From assembly GCA_964583285.1 (NCBI GenBank), contig CAZOVD010000001.1:22558-86557 (forward strand): a stretch of 64,000 nt of DNA, read 5' to 3'. The DNA comes from an uncultured archaeon. GTDB taxonomy: Archaea > Iainarchaeota > Iainarchaeia > Iainarchaeales > JAAZKV01. This document shows, in pieces, positions 1 through 10,194 of this stretch. Both the position numbers and the translations under genes were made by a program. Numbering within the stretch: the stretch's first letter is position 1; every line of letters begins with the position of its first letter. The notes below the pieces were generated by a model. That model saw nothing but the letters and a program-made list of their open reading frames with translations. It was not told the origin of the DNA and did no database searches.

Positions 1-94
1 CAAGAACAGTTGTTTCGTTTCCGCATTTGGGACAAAATTTCTTAAAAGACATAAATAAATTAAATAAAAAGGGTTAATATAAATAACTAATTCA

Positions 95-616
95 TTAATT
101 TTCAATATTTTTCCCATAATGTTTAAATAAATCAAATCCATTCCAAGTTCTTATATTTTCTTTATTAAGTTCAAGTAGATCAATAATTTCTTTAATTTCT
201 TCTTCACTTGGTGATTCTATTTCTAAAAAGATTGGTATTTCTTCATATTCATCAATCTCAATTAAAGAATTTTTTAACTTAAAACTAGTTCTGTGCTTTC
301 TTTTTGTTTCCCTTGAAATTAAGCCTATTTTTTCTAAAAACATTTGTGCTTTTTTAAAATCACTTACTTCAAATTCTATTTCTTCACTAGTTCTTGCAAA
401 ATCATTTTCTTCTTTTCCTTTAAAAGTAATAAAAGCAGAATTATTTTTTTTCCTAAGCCTAATTAATTCTTTTTTACTTGAAAAAGTTTTATTCATATCA
501 TCAAAAAATAAAGCAAATATTTCATATTCATCTATTTTTTTAGCCCCAACTTCAAAAAGCTTTTTAATTACTTTTTCTTTATTTATTTCAATTATTTTTA
601 TTTCAATTTCATTCAT
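95..616 (-). CDS. CYTH-domain protein (CyaB/thiamine-triphosphatase-like triphosphate tunnel enzyme)
   Basis: 173 aa. N-terminal EIEIK-type start, conserved R/K/E pattern and size typical of CYTH; 8-nt gap to the upstream beta-CASP gene on the same strand. Confidence 0.55.
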   Translation of the reverse strand: MNEIEIKIIEINKEKVIKKLFEVGAKKIDEYEIFALFFDDMNKTFSSKKELIRLRKKNNSAFITFKGKEENDFARTSEEIEFEVSDFKKAQMFLEKIGLISRETKRKHRTSFKLKNSLIEIDEYEEIPIFLEIESPSEEEIKEIIDLLELNKENIRTWNGFDLFKHYGKNIEN

Positions 617-624
617 AAAAAAAA

Positions 625-1896
625 TTAGTCAAATTCTATTTTTTTACCTTGTTTTGGAACTATAACATCAATACCAGTTTTTTGTTCAATTTCTTTCTTA
701 AAAACAGGAATTACATCTTTGTCGCCATGAACTAAAAAAACTTTTTTTGGAGACCATTTTTTTATTGCATCAATCATTTCACTTTTACCAGGGTGTGCAC
801 TTAAATCATATTTTTCGTATTGACAACCAACTTTTACAATAGATCCATCTTTACCATAAGGCAATCTTCCACTGTCTTGAAGCATCCTGCCAGGCGTTTC
901 ATCACCCTGATAACCAGATAGATGTATTTTGCTTTTTGGATCATTAATAATTTTTGTAGCATATCCAACAACTGGCCCACCTTTCATCATCCCGCTTGTT
1001 GTTACAATAATACTTGGTTTTTTCATTGCTTCTTTTCTATCTCTTGGCCCTCTAACCCATTTTGCTTTCTTTAAACCTTCTTCAAGTCTTTTTGGATTTT
1101 TAATTAACTTTGAATGTTTTAAATATAAATTTGCAACTTTTTCACCCATTCCATCTAAATAAATATCAGCATTTACATTATACCCAGTTAAAATATCAAT
1201 TATTTCTTGACTTCTTCCAACAGCAAATGCTGGAATAATTGCAAATCCACCTTTATCAACAGTATCTTGTACCGATTCACAAAGTTTTTTTTCAACTTCT
1301 TTTCTATTTGGATGTTCTCTATCACCATAAGTTGATTCAAGCATAACATAATCAACTCTACCAGTGTTTTCCATGCCTTTATGGAGCTGAGTTTCTTCTA
1401 GTTTAAAATCACCAGTATATAAAAATTTTTTATCTTTGTAAGTTATTTTTGATAACGCAGAACCTAATATGTGTGCTGCATCAAAAAATTCTAAAGATAA
1501 ATCATTAGTAATGTGCATTTCTTTTCTATAAGGTAATAAAAAATTGTGTTTATGAGTATCTTCAATATCATGTTTTGAATATTTTGGAGTTGCCCCTTCA
1601 ATATCTGCAATTTTTAAAGAATCTTGCCATAAAATATCACTTATTCCAAGAGTTGCGTCAGTCATAAAACTTACTGCATTTCCTTTTTTATAAAAATAAG
1701 GCAAATATCCAGAATGATCTAAATGTGCATGTGAAAGAATTATTGCTTTAATATTTTCATTTACGTCAAGCGGGTATTCAAGACCGTTAGGCGCAACTTT
1801 AACACCATAGTCAAGTAGCAATTTTTCTCCAAAATCAAGAATAAATCCACTTCTTCCAACTTCTTCACAAGCCCCTAAACCTGTTAAACTAAACAT
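625..1896 (-). CDS. Metallo-beta-lactamase fold / beta-CASP family ribonuclease (aCPSF2/RNase J-like)
   Basis: 423 aa. HAHLDHSG (HxHxDH) motif, downstream beta-CASP-like D/H residues. No KH domains, so it is the short form. Confidence 0.7.
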   Translation of the reverse strand: MFSLTGLGACEEVGRSGFILDFGEKLLLDYGVKVAPNGLEYPLDVNENIKAIILSHAHLDHSGYLPYFYKKGNAVSFMTDATLGISDILWQDSLKIADIEGATPKYSKHDIEDTHKHNFLLPYRKEMHITNDLSLEFFDAAHILGSALSKITYKDKKFLYTGDFKLEETQLHKGMENTGRVDYVMLESTYGDREHPNRKEVEKKLCESVQDTVDKGGFAIIPAFAVGRSQEIIDILTGYNVNADIYLDGMGEKVANLYLKHSKLIKNPKRLEEGLKKAKWVRGPRDRKEAMKKPSIIVTTSGMMKGGPVVGYATKIINDPKSKIHLSGYQGDETPGRMLQDSGRLPYGKDGSIVKVGCQYEKYDLSAHPGKSEMIDAIKKWSPKKVFLVHGDKDVIPVFKKEIEQKTGIDVIVPKQGKKIEFD

Positions 1897-1982
1897 TTTA
1901 TCACTAAAAAAATAAGCTCAATTTGGTTTATATAACCTTGCAAAAAGACAAAAAATGTATATTTAATACCATTAAAAGAAAC

Positions 1983-2531
1983 TTATTTTTTTGATAAAAA
2001 TATTGCAACAAAAAAAACTGCAAAAAAAGATAAAAATATTGAGAATATTGCTATTTCATTAAAAAAATTTAAATTAATTGGAGGGTGAGTCAAAATAATA
2101 TAATCAAAAAAATCACTTATTAAAAAAATTGGGAGTGCAAAAATGACGTGTTTTATTTTAAATGCATAAAATTTATAAAAAACAATTATTTCAATTAAAA
2201 ATAAAATATGTGAAAATACTATTAGTAAATTATTTAATGGATTTGTTGTTAAAAAAATTACAAATAATGTCCAAATAGAATATTTTAAAATTCCAACAAG
2301 AGAAATGAATGTTATAAAAACAGAGTCTTGATTTTTTAATTTTTTATACAAAACATATGAAAAAAATAACGCAAATATTGGACAATCTGCAATAAATATC
2401 CAAAGTAATATAGAATTTTGAGTTAATTGTGCTTGATAATAACTAAATGCAATTATTGAAGATAATATATTTATTAAAATTAAAAATATTAAAAACTTTT
2501 TATTTTCAAAAAGTTTAAATGAGTTTGACAT
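1983..2531 (-). CDS. Hypothetical polytopic membrane protein
   Basis: 182 aa, almost entirely hydrophobic segments (about 5-6 predicted TM helices); no recognisable motif. Confidence 0.4.
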   Translation of the reverse strand: MSNSFKLFENKKFLIFLILINILSSIIAFSYYQAQLTQNSILLWIFIADCPIFALFFSYVLYKKLKNQDSVFITFISLVGILKYSIWTLFVIFLTTNPLNNLLIVFSHILFLIEIIVFYKFYAFKIKHVIFALPIFLISDFFDYIILTHPPINLNFFNEIAIFSIFLSFFAVFFVAIFLSKK

Positions 2532-2615
2532 AATTAATTAGCACCAATTATCATAAAATTATTTTTTAAAATAAAAAATAAACTGCTGTATTTAGCAGTT
2601 TATCAAAAAAAATTA

Positions 2616-3086
2616 TTAATTATTTTCTATTTCATCAAATGGTTCATTTAAATTAATTGGATAACTTGAGGCTATTACAAAATTTTCTCCATTAATATAA
2701 ATAATTGCGCCTGCTGGCTGAACTAAACCATCAATATTAACAAATACTTCATAACCAATAGTATCACTAGATAAATTTTCTGAATCTTCTAAAAAGAAAA
2801 CTACTTCATTAGTCAACATTTCTGGGTCTCTAAAATTTTCATTTAAATAACTTGTTAATTTTTCTTTAATATTTGCATCATTTTGAAATAGTTTTGAATT
2901 ATTATTATAATTAATGTCTAATGCACTAACTACTAGTGCGCCAATTATTAAACCAACTAATAAAAAAATAACAGCGGTTAAAACTGTTGATTTGTTTATT
3001 TGTATTAAAGGTTCTTCTTTTTTTGATTCTGCTTTAACTTCTTTTTCTTTATGAGTAGTTTTTTTAGCAGATTTCTTTTTTACCAT
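2616..3086 (-). CDS. Hypothetical single-pass membrane-anchored protein with Lys-rich N-terminus
   Basis: 156 aa; K-rich N-term, one TM helix (LTAVIFLLVGLIIGALVV), extracytoplasmic C-terminal domain. Confidence 0.4.
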   Translation of the reverse strand: MVKKKSAKKTTHKEKEVKAESKKEEPLIQINKSTVLTAVIFLLVGLIIGALVVSALDINYNNNSKLFQNDANIKEKLTSYLNENFRDPEMLTNEVVFFLEDSENLSSDTIGYEVFVNIDGLVQPAGAIIYINGENFVIASSYPINLNEPFDEIENN

Positions 3087-3171
3087 TTAAATCAACTCCA
3101 TTTTATCATAAAAATTTAATTTAAAAAAGATGAAAATGCTTTTAAACTAAATTAATTATAAAAAATCAATT

Positions 3172-4824
3172 TTATTTTTGTTTTCCACTAAATTTGTTTT
3201 TAAGTTCTAAAATTTTCTTTGTTTGAAGTTTTTCAAACAAAATGCCTGGATTATTTAGTTTTGTTTGGTCTTTAACTTCATCAAACATTTTACTAAACCC
3301 TTCTTTGACATTAAACCCCACTATATTTGCTATTTTTTCACTTGATTTTGGAATAAAAGGATAATAAATTAATGATAAAACTTTAAATAAATCAATCGCA
3401 TCAGCAATAACTTCGCCAGCTTCTTCTTTGTTTGTTTTTACTAAAACCCAAGGTTCTTTATCTTGAATAAATTTATTACCAATTGAAGAAATTTCATTTG
3501 CTTTCATTAATGCACTTCTTTCTCGGCTTTTGTACATTAATTCTTTATATTCTTTAATTAATTTTTCAACTTTTGGTTTTAATTCACTCTTATTTTTCTT
3601 TTGTTTTATTCCATTAAAAAGTTTTTCATTTAAAGATACTACTCTATTAACAAAATTTCCTAAATTTGATGCAAGTTCATTATTTATTTTTGCTTCAAAA
3701 TCATCCCAGTTAAATTCACTTTCACTATCCTCTGGCCTTACTCTAAATAAATAATATCTCCATATATCACTTTCAATTCCAGAGTTTACTGCATCATCTC
3801 CAAAAACTCCAGTTTTATTACTTTTTGAAAATTTTAAATCTTCATAATTTAAATAAGCAGTTGAATCAAGATAATCAACAGTTATGTAATTATCATTTGT
3901 TCCAATTAAATATGCCGGAAACATTATTGAGTGAAATGGAACATTATCTTTTCCCATGAACTGATATAAAGTAACATCTTTATTTTTCCACCATTTTTTA
4001 TAATCTTCACCTAAAACTTGTGCAGTTATTCCAATATAACCAATAGGTGCATCAAACCAACTATAAAAAACTTTTTCTTCCCAACCATTAAGTGGAACTG
4101 GTATTCCCCATTTTAAATCTCTTGTAATTGCTCTTTCTTCAAGACCTTTTTTAAGCCACTGCTGAGTAATTGTAACTGCTTGTGTGCTCCAATTAATTTT
4201 CTTTTTTTTAAATAATTCTTCTAAATTTTTTTGCATTTTTGGTAAATTTACATATAAGTGTTTTGTTTTTTTCATCACTGGTGTTGTTTTATCAATAACA
4301 CTTATAGGTTTAATTAAATCTTTTTGATCAAGTAATTTTCCGCATTTATCACATTGATCTCCTCTTGCTTTTTCAAATTTACAGTGTGGGCAAATTCCTT
4401 CAACAAATCTATCACTTAAAAATTGTTTACTTTTTTCTGAATAAAGTTGTTCTATTTCTCTTTCAATAATTAGATTATTTTCCCAAAGTTTTAGAAATAT
4501 TTCTTGAGTTATTTTTTTATTTTCAACACTAGTAGTTCTTCCAAAACAATCTGGACTTGCATTAAACCACTTATATATATCTTCATGAATTTTAAAATAT
4601 TTATCAACTAGTTCTTTTACTGTTATTCCTTCTTCTCTTGCTTTAGCTTCTGCAGTAGTACCATATTCATCTGTCCCCAAAACAAATAAAACTTCATTAT
4701 CGTCAAGTCTGGCAAACCTTGCAAAACAATCAGCACTAAGTACAGAGCCTATCAAATTTCCCAAATGAGGAATATTATTAACATAAGGAAGTGCACTTGT
4801 TACTAAAATCTTTCTTTTTACCAT
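3172..4824 (-). CDS. metG: Methionyl-tRNA synthetase
   Basis: 550 aa. Class-I HIGH region (PYVNNIPHLGN), CxxC...CxxC zinc knuckle (CPHCKF...CDKCGK), KFSKS (KMSKS-type) motif. Confidence 0.9.
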   Translation of the reverse strand: MVKRKILVTSALPYVNNIPHLGNLIGSVLSADCFARFARLDDNEVLFVLGTDEYGTTAEAKAREEGITVKELVDKYFKIHEDIYKWFNASPDCFGRTTSVENKKITQEIFLKLWENNLIIEREIEQLYSEKSKQFLSDRFVEGICPHCKFEKARGDQCDKCGKLLDQKDLIKPISVIDKTTPVMKKTKHLYVNLPKMQKNLEELFKKKKINWSTQAVTITQQWLKKGLEERAITRDLKWGIPVPLNGWEEKVFYSWFDAPIGYIGITAQVLGEDYKKWWKNKDVTLYQFMGKDNVPFHSIMFPAYLIGTNDNYITVDYLDSTAYLNYEDLKFSKSNKTGVFGDDAVNSGIESDIWRYYLFRVRPEDSESEFNWDDFEAKINNELASNLGNFVNRVVSLNEKLFNGIKQKKNKSELKPKVEKLIKEYKELMYKSRERSALMKANEISSIGNKFIQDKEPWVLVKTNKEEAGEVIADAIDLFKVLSLIYYPFIPKSSEKIANIVGFNVKEGFSKMFDEVKDQTKLNNPGILFEKLQTKKILELKNKFSGKQK

Positions 4825-4964
4825 ACAAACTAATAGTTAAAGAAGTGTTTTAAAGGTTATTAGATTTAATAAAAATTATAAAATGTTAAAATTAGAAAAA
4901 GAATTATTTGAAAAAAAATTCAACAAACCTAAATATTTATATAAAGGAAAAGCATGATTTTAAC

Positions 4965-6521
4965 ATGGTTAAAAAGAAATCTTCTAAATTAAAAAAAGTT
5001 ATTAAAAAAAATGTTGTTAAAAAGAAAATTACTCAAAAAAGTAATGCTAATGAAAAGCAAAAAATTGCTAAATTATTTAAAACACTTAATGTTCATCAAC
5101 AAGCTTATGTTAATTTTAATTTAGAAAATCCAAAAAATGGAAAATACATGCTAACAGTTTTTCACATTATACCTGGTGGAAATTTAAATATTTTGCAAGC
5201 AGCATGTGAAACTGCGGCTGAAAGTTCTACTGGAACAAATTTTTTAGTTCAAACAGAAACACCATTTTCAAGAGAAATGAATGCACTTGTTTACAAAGTT
5301 GATCTTAAAAAAAATCTTGTTTGGATAGCTTATCCTTGGAGATTATTTGATAGAGATGGAAATGTTCAAAATATTTTAACTTATGTAATTGGAAATGTAC
5401 TTGGAATGAAAGAAGTTCGAGCATGCAAATTACTTGATGTGTGGTTCCCACCAGCATTTTTAGAGCAATATGATGGACCAAGTTACACACTTGATGATAT
5501 GAGAAAATATTTAAACGTCTATAATAGACCAATTCTTGGAACAATAATAAAACCAAAAATGGGACTTACAAGTGCTGAATATGCAGAAGCAGCATATGAT
5601 TTTTGGGCAGGCGGAGGAGACTTTGTTAAAAATGATGAGCCTCAAGCAAACCAAGATTTTTGCCCATATGATAAAATGGTAGAACATGTAAAAAAAGCAA
5701 TGGATAAAGCTGTGAAAGAAACTGGTCAAAAAAAAGTTCACTCATTTAATGTTTCTGCACCAGATTATGACACTATGATTAAAAGATGTGAAATGATTAG
5801 AAACGCTGGTTTTGAAGAAGGAAGTTATGCATTTTTAATAGATGGAATTACTGCAGGATGGATGGCCGTACAAACTCTTAGAAGAAAATATCCTTCTGTT
5901 TTTATTCACTTTCATAGAGCTGGACATGGGGCTTTTACAAGACCTGAAAATCCAATTGGAATGAGTGTTTTAGTATTATCTAAATTTGCTAGGCTTGCAG
6001 GAGCTAGTGGAATACACACAGGAACAGCAGGTGTAGGAAAAATGCAGGGTGATCCAAAAGAAGATATCACCTCAGCACGTAATATTTTAGGTTTTAAACA
6101 AAAAGGACATTTTTTTGAACAAAGTTGGGGAAAAATTCCTGACAAAGACCTTGATGCATTAAAATTATCAAGTGAAGATTTAGCACATCATGTTATTTTA
6201 GAAGATGATGACTGGCGAGCTGTAAAAAAATGTTGTCCAATTATTTCTGGGGGCTTAAATCCAACTTCACTAAAACCATTTATTGATGTAATGGGTGGAA
6301 TTGATTTTATTACTACAATGGGCGCAGGATGTCATGCACACCCAAAAGGAAGTAAGGCTGGAGCAACAGCACTTGTACAAGCATGTGAAGCATACACTAA
6401 AAAAATACCTATTGAAAAATATGCAAAAGATCATGTTGAACTTGCACAAGCAATAGAATTTTTTACAAAGAAAAAACACGTTGATTATTTAAAAAATGCA
6501 ATAAATGCAGAAAAAGCTTAG
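4965..6521 (+). CDS. rbcL: Ribulose-1,5-bisphosphate carboxylase large subunit, form III / II-III-like
   Basis: AAESSTGTNF, GGDFVKNDEPQ (GGxDFxKDDE-type catalytic loop), GGLNP and C-terminal TIM-barrel motifs. The ORF-track start at 4908 is TTG; first in-frame ATG is 4965. Lys-rich about 40-aa N-terminal extension before the conserved core. Confidence 0.85.
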   Translation: MVKKKSSKLKKVIKKNVVKKKITQKSNANEKQKIAKLFKTLNVHQQAYVNFNLENPKNGKYMLTVFHIIPGGNLNILQAACETAAESSTGTNFLVQTETPFSREMNALVYKVDLKKNLVWIAYPWRLFDRDGNVQNILTYVIGNVLGMKEVRACKLLDVWFPPAFLEQYDGPSYTLDDMRKYLNVYNRPILGTIIKPKMGLTSAEYAEAAYDFWAGGGDFVKNDEPQANQDFCPYDKMVEHVKKAMDKAVKETGQKKVHSFNVSAPDYDTMIKRCEMIRNAGFEEGSYAFLIDGITAGWMAVQTLRRKYPSVFIHFHRAGHGAFTRPENPIGMSVLVLSKFARLAGASGIHTGTAGVGKMQGDPKEDITSARNILGFKQKGHFFEQSWGKIPDKDLDALKLSSEDLAHHVILEDDDWRAVKKCCPIISGGLNPTSLKPFIDVMGGIDFITTMGAGCHAHPKGSKAGATALVQACEAYTKKIPIEKYAKDHVELAQAIEFFTKKKHVDYLKNAINAEKA

Positions 6522-6594
6522 AATTTAAAAATATAATAATTAGTAAAAAAAATATTTACTTTTGAAAAAAATTAGATTCTTTTATTTGAAAAAA

Positions 6595-7449
6595 CTATCT
6601 AAACTTATCATAAAATTTTTTCATATCAATATTATTAATATCATGTTTTGCTAAAGGTAACTTTTCCATTTGAATTAATTGATCTTCATAACATGGCCTT
6701 TCTTCAATATAATAAATTCCAGTATTAATCTTTTCAGTATTCTCAATTGCTTTCTCAAAGGCTTTAATTTTATTCTTATTATCAAAATCACTAGGCAAAT
6801 CTACAATTCTTTCTTTATACCAATTAATATTATGTTCTTTATTATAGGTTGGACAAAGTTGTAAAACATCAATTACTGAAAAACCTTTGTGTGAAAATGC
6901 TTTTACAAAAATATCTGTTAGTTTTGAAGGGTTAAGCATGTCTGTTCTTGCAACAAATGTTGCTCCTTGACTTATTGCAGTTGCAACTGGATTAAGTGGC
7001 GTTTCTATTGCTCCACTAAGTGAAGTTGAAGATTTAAATCCTGGCGGAGAAGTTGGAGAATATTGTCCTTTTGTTAAACCATAAACTTCATTATCTTCAA
7101 TAATGTGTGTGATATTTAAGTTTCTTCTCATTGTTTGAATAAAATGATTTCCACCAATTCCAAGTCCATCTCCATCACCTGTAACAACTATAACATTAAG
7201 TGCTTTATTTGCAAGTTTTATTGCAGTTGCTGCTGGAAGAGCTCTTCCATGAAGTCCTTCAAATCCATAAACATTAACAAATCTTGGCAATTTTGATCCA
7301 CAACCAATTCCTGCAACAATAACCGTTTCTTCTTGTTTCCAGCCAAGTTTTTCAATAGCTTGCCTTACTGACATAAGTATTCCAAAATCCCCACAACCAG
7401 GGCACCAAGTTGGATTTTCTCTTGTAAGCAAATCTTTCATAGATGTCAT
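6595..7449 (-). CDS. 2-oxoacid:ferredoxin oxidoreductase beta subunit (TPP-binding)
   Basis: 284 aa; CPGCGDFG motif and GDGDG TPP/Mg-binding motif; immediately downstream of the alpha subunit gene. Confidence 0.85.
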   Translation of the reverse strand: MTSMKDLLTRENPTWCPGCGDFGILMSVRQAIEKLGWKQEETVIVAGIGCGSKLPRFVNVYGFEGLHGRALPAATAIKLANKALNVIVVTGDGDGLGIGGNHFIQTMRRNLNITHIIEDNEVYGLTKGQYSPTSPPGFKSSTSLSGAIETPLNPVATAISQGATFVARTDMLNPSKLTDIFVKAFSHKGFSVIDVLQLCPTYNKEHNINWYKERIVDLPSDFDNKNKIKAFEKAIENTEKINTGIYYIEERPCYEDQLIQMEKLPLAKHDINNIDMKKFYDKFR

Positions 7450-7458
7450 AATATCAAC

Positions 7459-9276
7459 CTAATTTTTTACTCCAAAATTTTTTTCTGCAACAATTTCATT
7501 TCTTGAAAATATTTGATTTTTTGTAGCATTTCCTTCTTTAATATTTTTTATTCCTTTTTTTATCTCACTAGGGAAAAATGGTCTCCCATCATATTTTAAA
7601 ATTTTATAATCAATATTAATTCCTGTTAGTTCGCGAATAATTCCTGCAAGTTGGCCACTTTGATTGTTTTCAACCAAAATTGTTTTTTTGCCGTTTAATA
7701 ATTTTCCAACTGTTTCACTTGGAAAAGGAGAAATATAATTTATTTGTAAAAAATTTACTTTTATTCCTTCTTCATTTAAATAATCAATTGCTTGAAGTAT
7801 AGGATATTTTGTTGAACCCCAAGAGACTACAGTATATTCTGCATTTTTTTCACCAACTATTTCTGGCTGTGGTAATTCTTTTGCAAGTAATTCAAGTTTT
7901 CTAAATCTTTTTTGACTCATTGCAACTTTATTGTGTTCATCTTCACATTCAAAACTATATTCATCATGTTCATAACTTGTTGCAGTGTGCATTCCACCAA
8001 TTACTCCAGGAACTGCTCTTTGAGAAACACCATCTTTTGTAATTTCAAATCTTTTGTATCCTTCTGGAGCACTAGTAGTTAATAGTTTTCCTCTATTAAC
8101 TTTGTATTTTGAGTCATCAAATGGTTTTACTGTGAAATAACTCTCACCTAAATATTTATCAGTTAGAATTATTACTGGTAATTGCCAAACTTCTGCAATG
8201 TTAAAAGCTTCTGTTGTTAAATAAAATGCTTCATTAGCACACCCTGGTGCAACTATTACTCTTGGTGCTTCATCTGTTGCGTTGTGAAGTAAAAATCGTA
8301 AGTCTCCTTGACCTGTGTGAGTTGCCATTCCTGTTGCTGGACCTGGTCGCATTGATTCTATTGCTACTAACGGAGTTTCCATTTGCATAGCCATTCCAAA
8401 TGCTTCAACCATTAATGCAAATCCACCACCACTTGTTGCAGTTATTGCTCTTATTCCAGCATAATTTGCTGCAACAGCCATGTTCATTGCTGCAATTTCA
8501 TCTTCTGCTTGTTTTACAACTAAATTAGCATCAACTGCAAATTTTTCAAGAGTTGTCATTACACTTGAAGCTGGAGTCATTGGGTACGCTGCAATTAATT
8601 TGCAACCTGCTTTTACTGCACCTAAAGAAACTGCTTCATGTCCTGAAACAAAAATATTTTCATCTTTTCCATTTTCTTTTAATTCAAATGGAAAATTTGG
8701 ATAATTTTGTTTTGCATGATCATAACCCATTTTTGCAGCAGCTAAATTGTCATTAACAATTTTTTCTCCTTTTTTTAAAAAAGTTGATTTTATTGCATTT
8801 TCAAGTAATACAAAATCAAAATTAAGTAAACCAAATACAGCACCCATCGCAACAGTGTTTTTCATTATTCTTCCACCTGCTTTATTTGCAAAGTCTAAAA
8901 GTGGAACATCAAATAATTTTTCTTTACTAACAAGTTCTTCAACACCTTTTGTTTGAGCCGCATCATAAATTATTGCTCCATTCTTTGAAAGAAGAGAAGC
9001 ATGTTTTTCTATTGATTCTTTATTTAATGCAACAAGCAAATCTATTTCATAAACTTGTGAGTGAATTGGTTTATGAGATACTCTTACATTTAAATGATTA
9101 TGTCCACCTCTAATTAAAGACGGGTATTCAGCACTTGAAAAAACGTATAAACCTGCTCTTTTAGCAGTTTTTGCAAACATCATTAAGCCTGCATTAAGTA
9201 TCCCATCACCAGCAATACCTGCAATTTTAAGATTTAAATCATTAAGGGTTTTTGTCATTTTATCACATTTTGACAA
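7459..9276 (-). CDS. 2-oxoacid:ferredoxin oxidoreductase alpha subunit (fused gamma-alpha domains, two-subunit OFOR type)
   Basis: 605 aa; N-terminal gamma-like domain (GIAGDGILNAG), central pyruvate-flavodoxin-oxidoreductase domain; gene order alpha-beta. Confidence 0.85.
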   Translation of the reverse strand: MSKCDKMTKTLNDLNLKIAGIAGDGILNAGLMMFAKTAKRAGLYVFSSAEYPSLIRGGHNHLNVRVSHKPIHSQVYEIDLLVALNKESIEKHASLLSKNGAIIYDAAQTKGVEELVSKEKLFDVPLLDFANKAGGRIMKNTVAMGAVFGLLNFDFVLLENAIKSTFLKKGEKIVNDNLAAAKMGYDHAKQNYPNFPFELKENGKDENIFVSGHEAVSLGAVKAGCKLIAAYPMTPASSVMTTLEKFAVDANLVVKQAEDEIAAMNMAVAANYAGIRAITATSGGGFALMVEAFGMAMQMETPLVAIESMRPGPATGMATHTGQGDLRFLLHNATDEAPRVIVAPGCANEAFYLTTEAFNIAEVWQLPVIILTDKYLGESYFTVKPFDDSKYKVNRGKLLTTSAPEGYKRFEITKDGVSQRAVPGVIGGMHTATSYEHDEYSFECEDEHNKVAMSQKRFRKLELLAKELPQPEIVGEKNAEYTVVSWGSTKYPILQAIDYLNEEGIKVNFLQINYISPFPSETVGKLLNGKKTILVENNQSGQLAGIIRELTGINIDYKILKYDGRPFFPSEIKKGIKNIKEGNATKNQIFSRNEIVAEKNFGVKN

Positions 9277-9414
9277 TTGACGAAGTGCTTATCGTCATAT
9301 TGTTTGATACATTAAAATGAGTCTTCATATTTATAAACCTTTCTTGGAGAACCTAAAAAAAATCACAACTGTTAGTATTTAAAAATAAAATGAGTTAAAA
9401 AAAAACCATCAAAA

Positions 9415-9432
9415 ATCAACTATTTAGTTGAT
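9415..9432. promoter_or_regulatory. Perfect 18-bp palindrome ATCAACTATTTAGTTGAT (candidate operator)
   Basis: 8-bp inverted arms, preceded by AAAA; about 50 nt upstream of a small ORF (9481) that begins an ORF chain ending in an RHH-RelE pair. A near-identical motif recurs at 14361. Confidence 0.45.
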
Positions 9433-9636
9433 TTATTTTCTACCAACTTTATATTAATAGCAAATTAACAATTTAGTTAAAATGGAAGAAAGGGTATTAA
9501 ATTATACAAATATTTTAGATGCAGAAAAAATAACTAATAAAATGCTTAAAGAAAATTTTATACTAGTTAGGCACCAGCCCAAAAACAAACTTCTTTTTTT
9601 CAAAAAATTTTACTTTCCAACACAGGAAGAGAAAAA

Positions 9637-9924
9637 ATGATTACTGTAAATGAACATGCGTATATAACAAAAGCACGCGAAATAAACAATTATACAAAAA
9701 CACATGAAAAATTACTACTTGCACTAATACATGAAAAAAAATATTACACAAAAGATGAACTTTTATGTTTTACAGGACATAATATGACCTTACTTGAAAT
9801 TATACTTGAAGAATTAAAAAACACTGGAGTAATTATTATAGAAGGTTGGCTTGTTAAATTAAAAGAAATTGAAAAATTTAATTTAGAAATTTGTGAAGAA
9901 ATTGCAAAAACAGAAAAGTATTAA
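9637..9924 (+). CDS. Hypothetical protein (95 aa)
   Basis: ORF with ATGA overlap to an upstream 52-aa ORF (9481-9640), followed within 6 nt by the RHH gene. No recognisable motif. Confidence 0.35.
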   Translation: MITVNEHAYITKAREINNYTKTHEKLLLALIHEKKYYTKDELLCFTGHNMTLLEIILEELKNTGVIIIEGWLVKLKEIEKFNLEICEEIAKTEKY

Positions 9925-9930
9925 TATTTA

Positions 9931-10194
9931 ATGGTATCAAATGGTATTATGAACACACAAGTAAATGTTAGATTGCCAAAGACTCTTCTAAAAAAAGCAG
10001 AAAGTTATGCAAAAGAAAAAGGATATACTAATGTTCAAGAGTTAATTAGAGAATCATTAAGAGAAACAATTGATCCTGAATTAACTTCTGAAGAACATTA
10101 CTTTATCAAAAAAATGATTGAAGGCATTGAACAAAGAAAAGTTCCACTTGGTACCGAGAAAGAGCTATGGAAAGCACTCGGTGGAAAACCATGA
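9931..10194 (+). CDS. Ribbon-helix-helix (CopG/RHH) antitoxin-like protein
   Basis: 87 aa; N-terminal VNVRLPKTLLKKAE...ELIRESLRE is a typical RHH beta-strand plus two helices; stop TGA overlaps the ATG of the next gene (ATGA). Confidence 0.6.
   Translation: MVSNGIMNTQVNVRLPKTLLKKAESYAKEKGYTNVQELIRESLRETIDPELTSEEHYFIKKMIEGIEQRKVPLGTEKELWKALGGKP

Noticed and set aside
929-1162. Short antisense/overlapping ORFs inside long genes (929-1162, 3530-3754, 5305-5741, 5912-6479, 6679-6864, 8480-8956, 10486-10725, 12399-12617, 16558-16803, 17343-17795, 19842-20030, 21119-21331, 21628-21852, 22377-22583, 24971-25460, 26174-26398, 29347-29532, 31690-31881, 32179-32481, 33142-33324, 35221-35586, 37198-37551, 38525-38818, 39665-39883, 41506-41727, 42612-43682, 45064-45342, 48386-50073, 50433-50813, 54084-54622, 55874-57300, 57517-57747, 59344-59565, 61197-61451, 62645-62836, 63671-63856)
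   Set aside because: All lie within or antisense to longer ORFs with recognisable conserved motifs and have low-complexity F/L/I/K-rich translations expected from AT-rich alternative frames.
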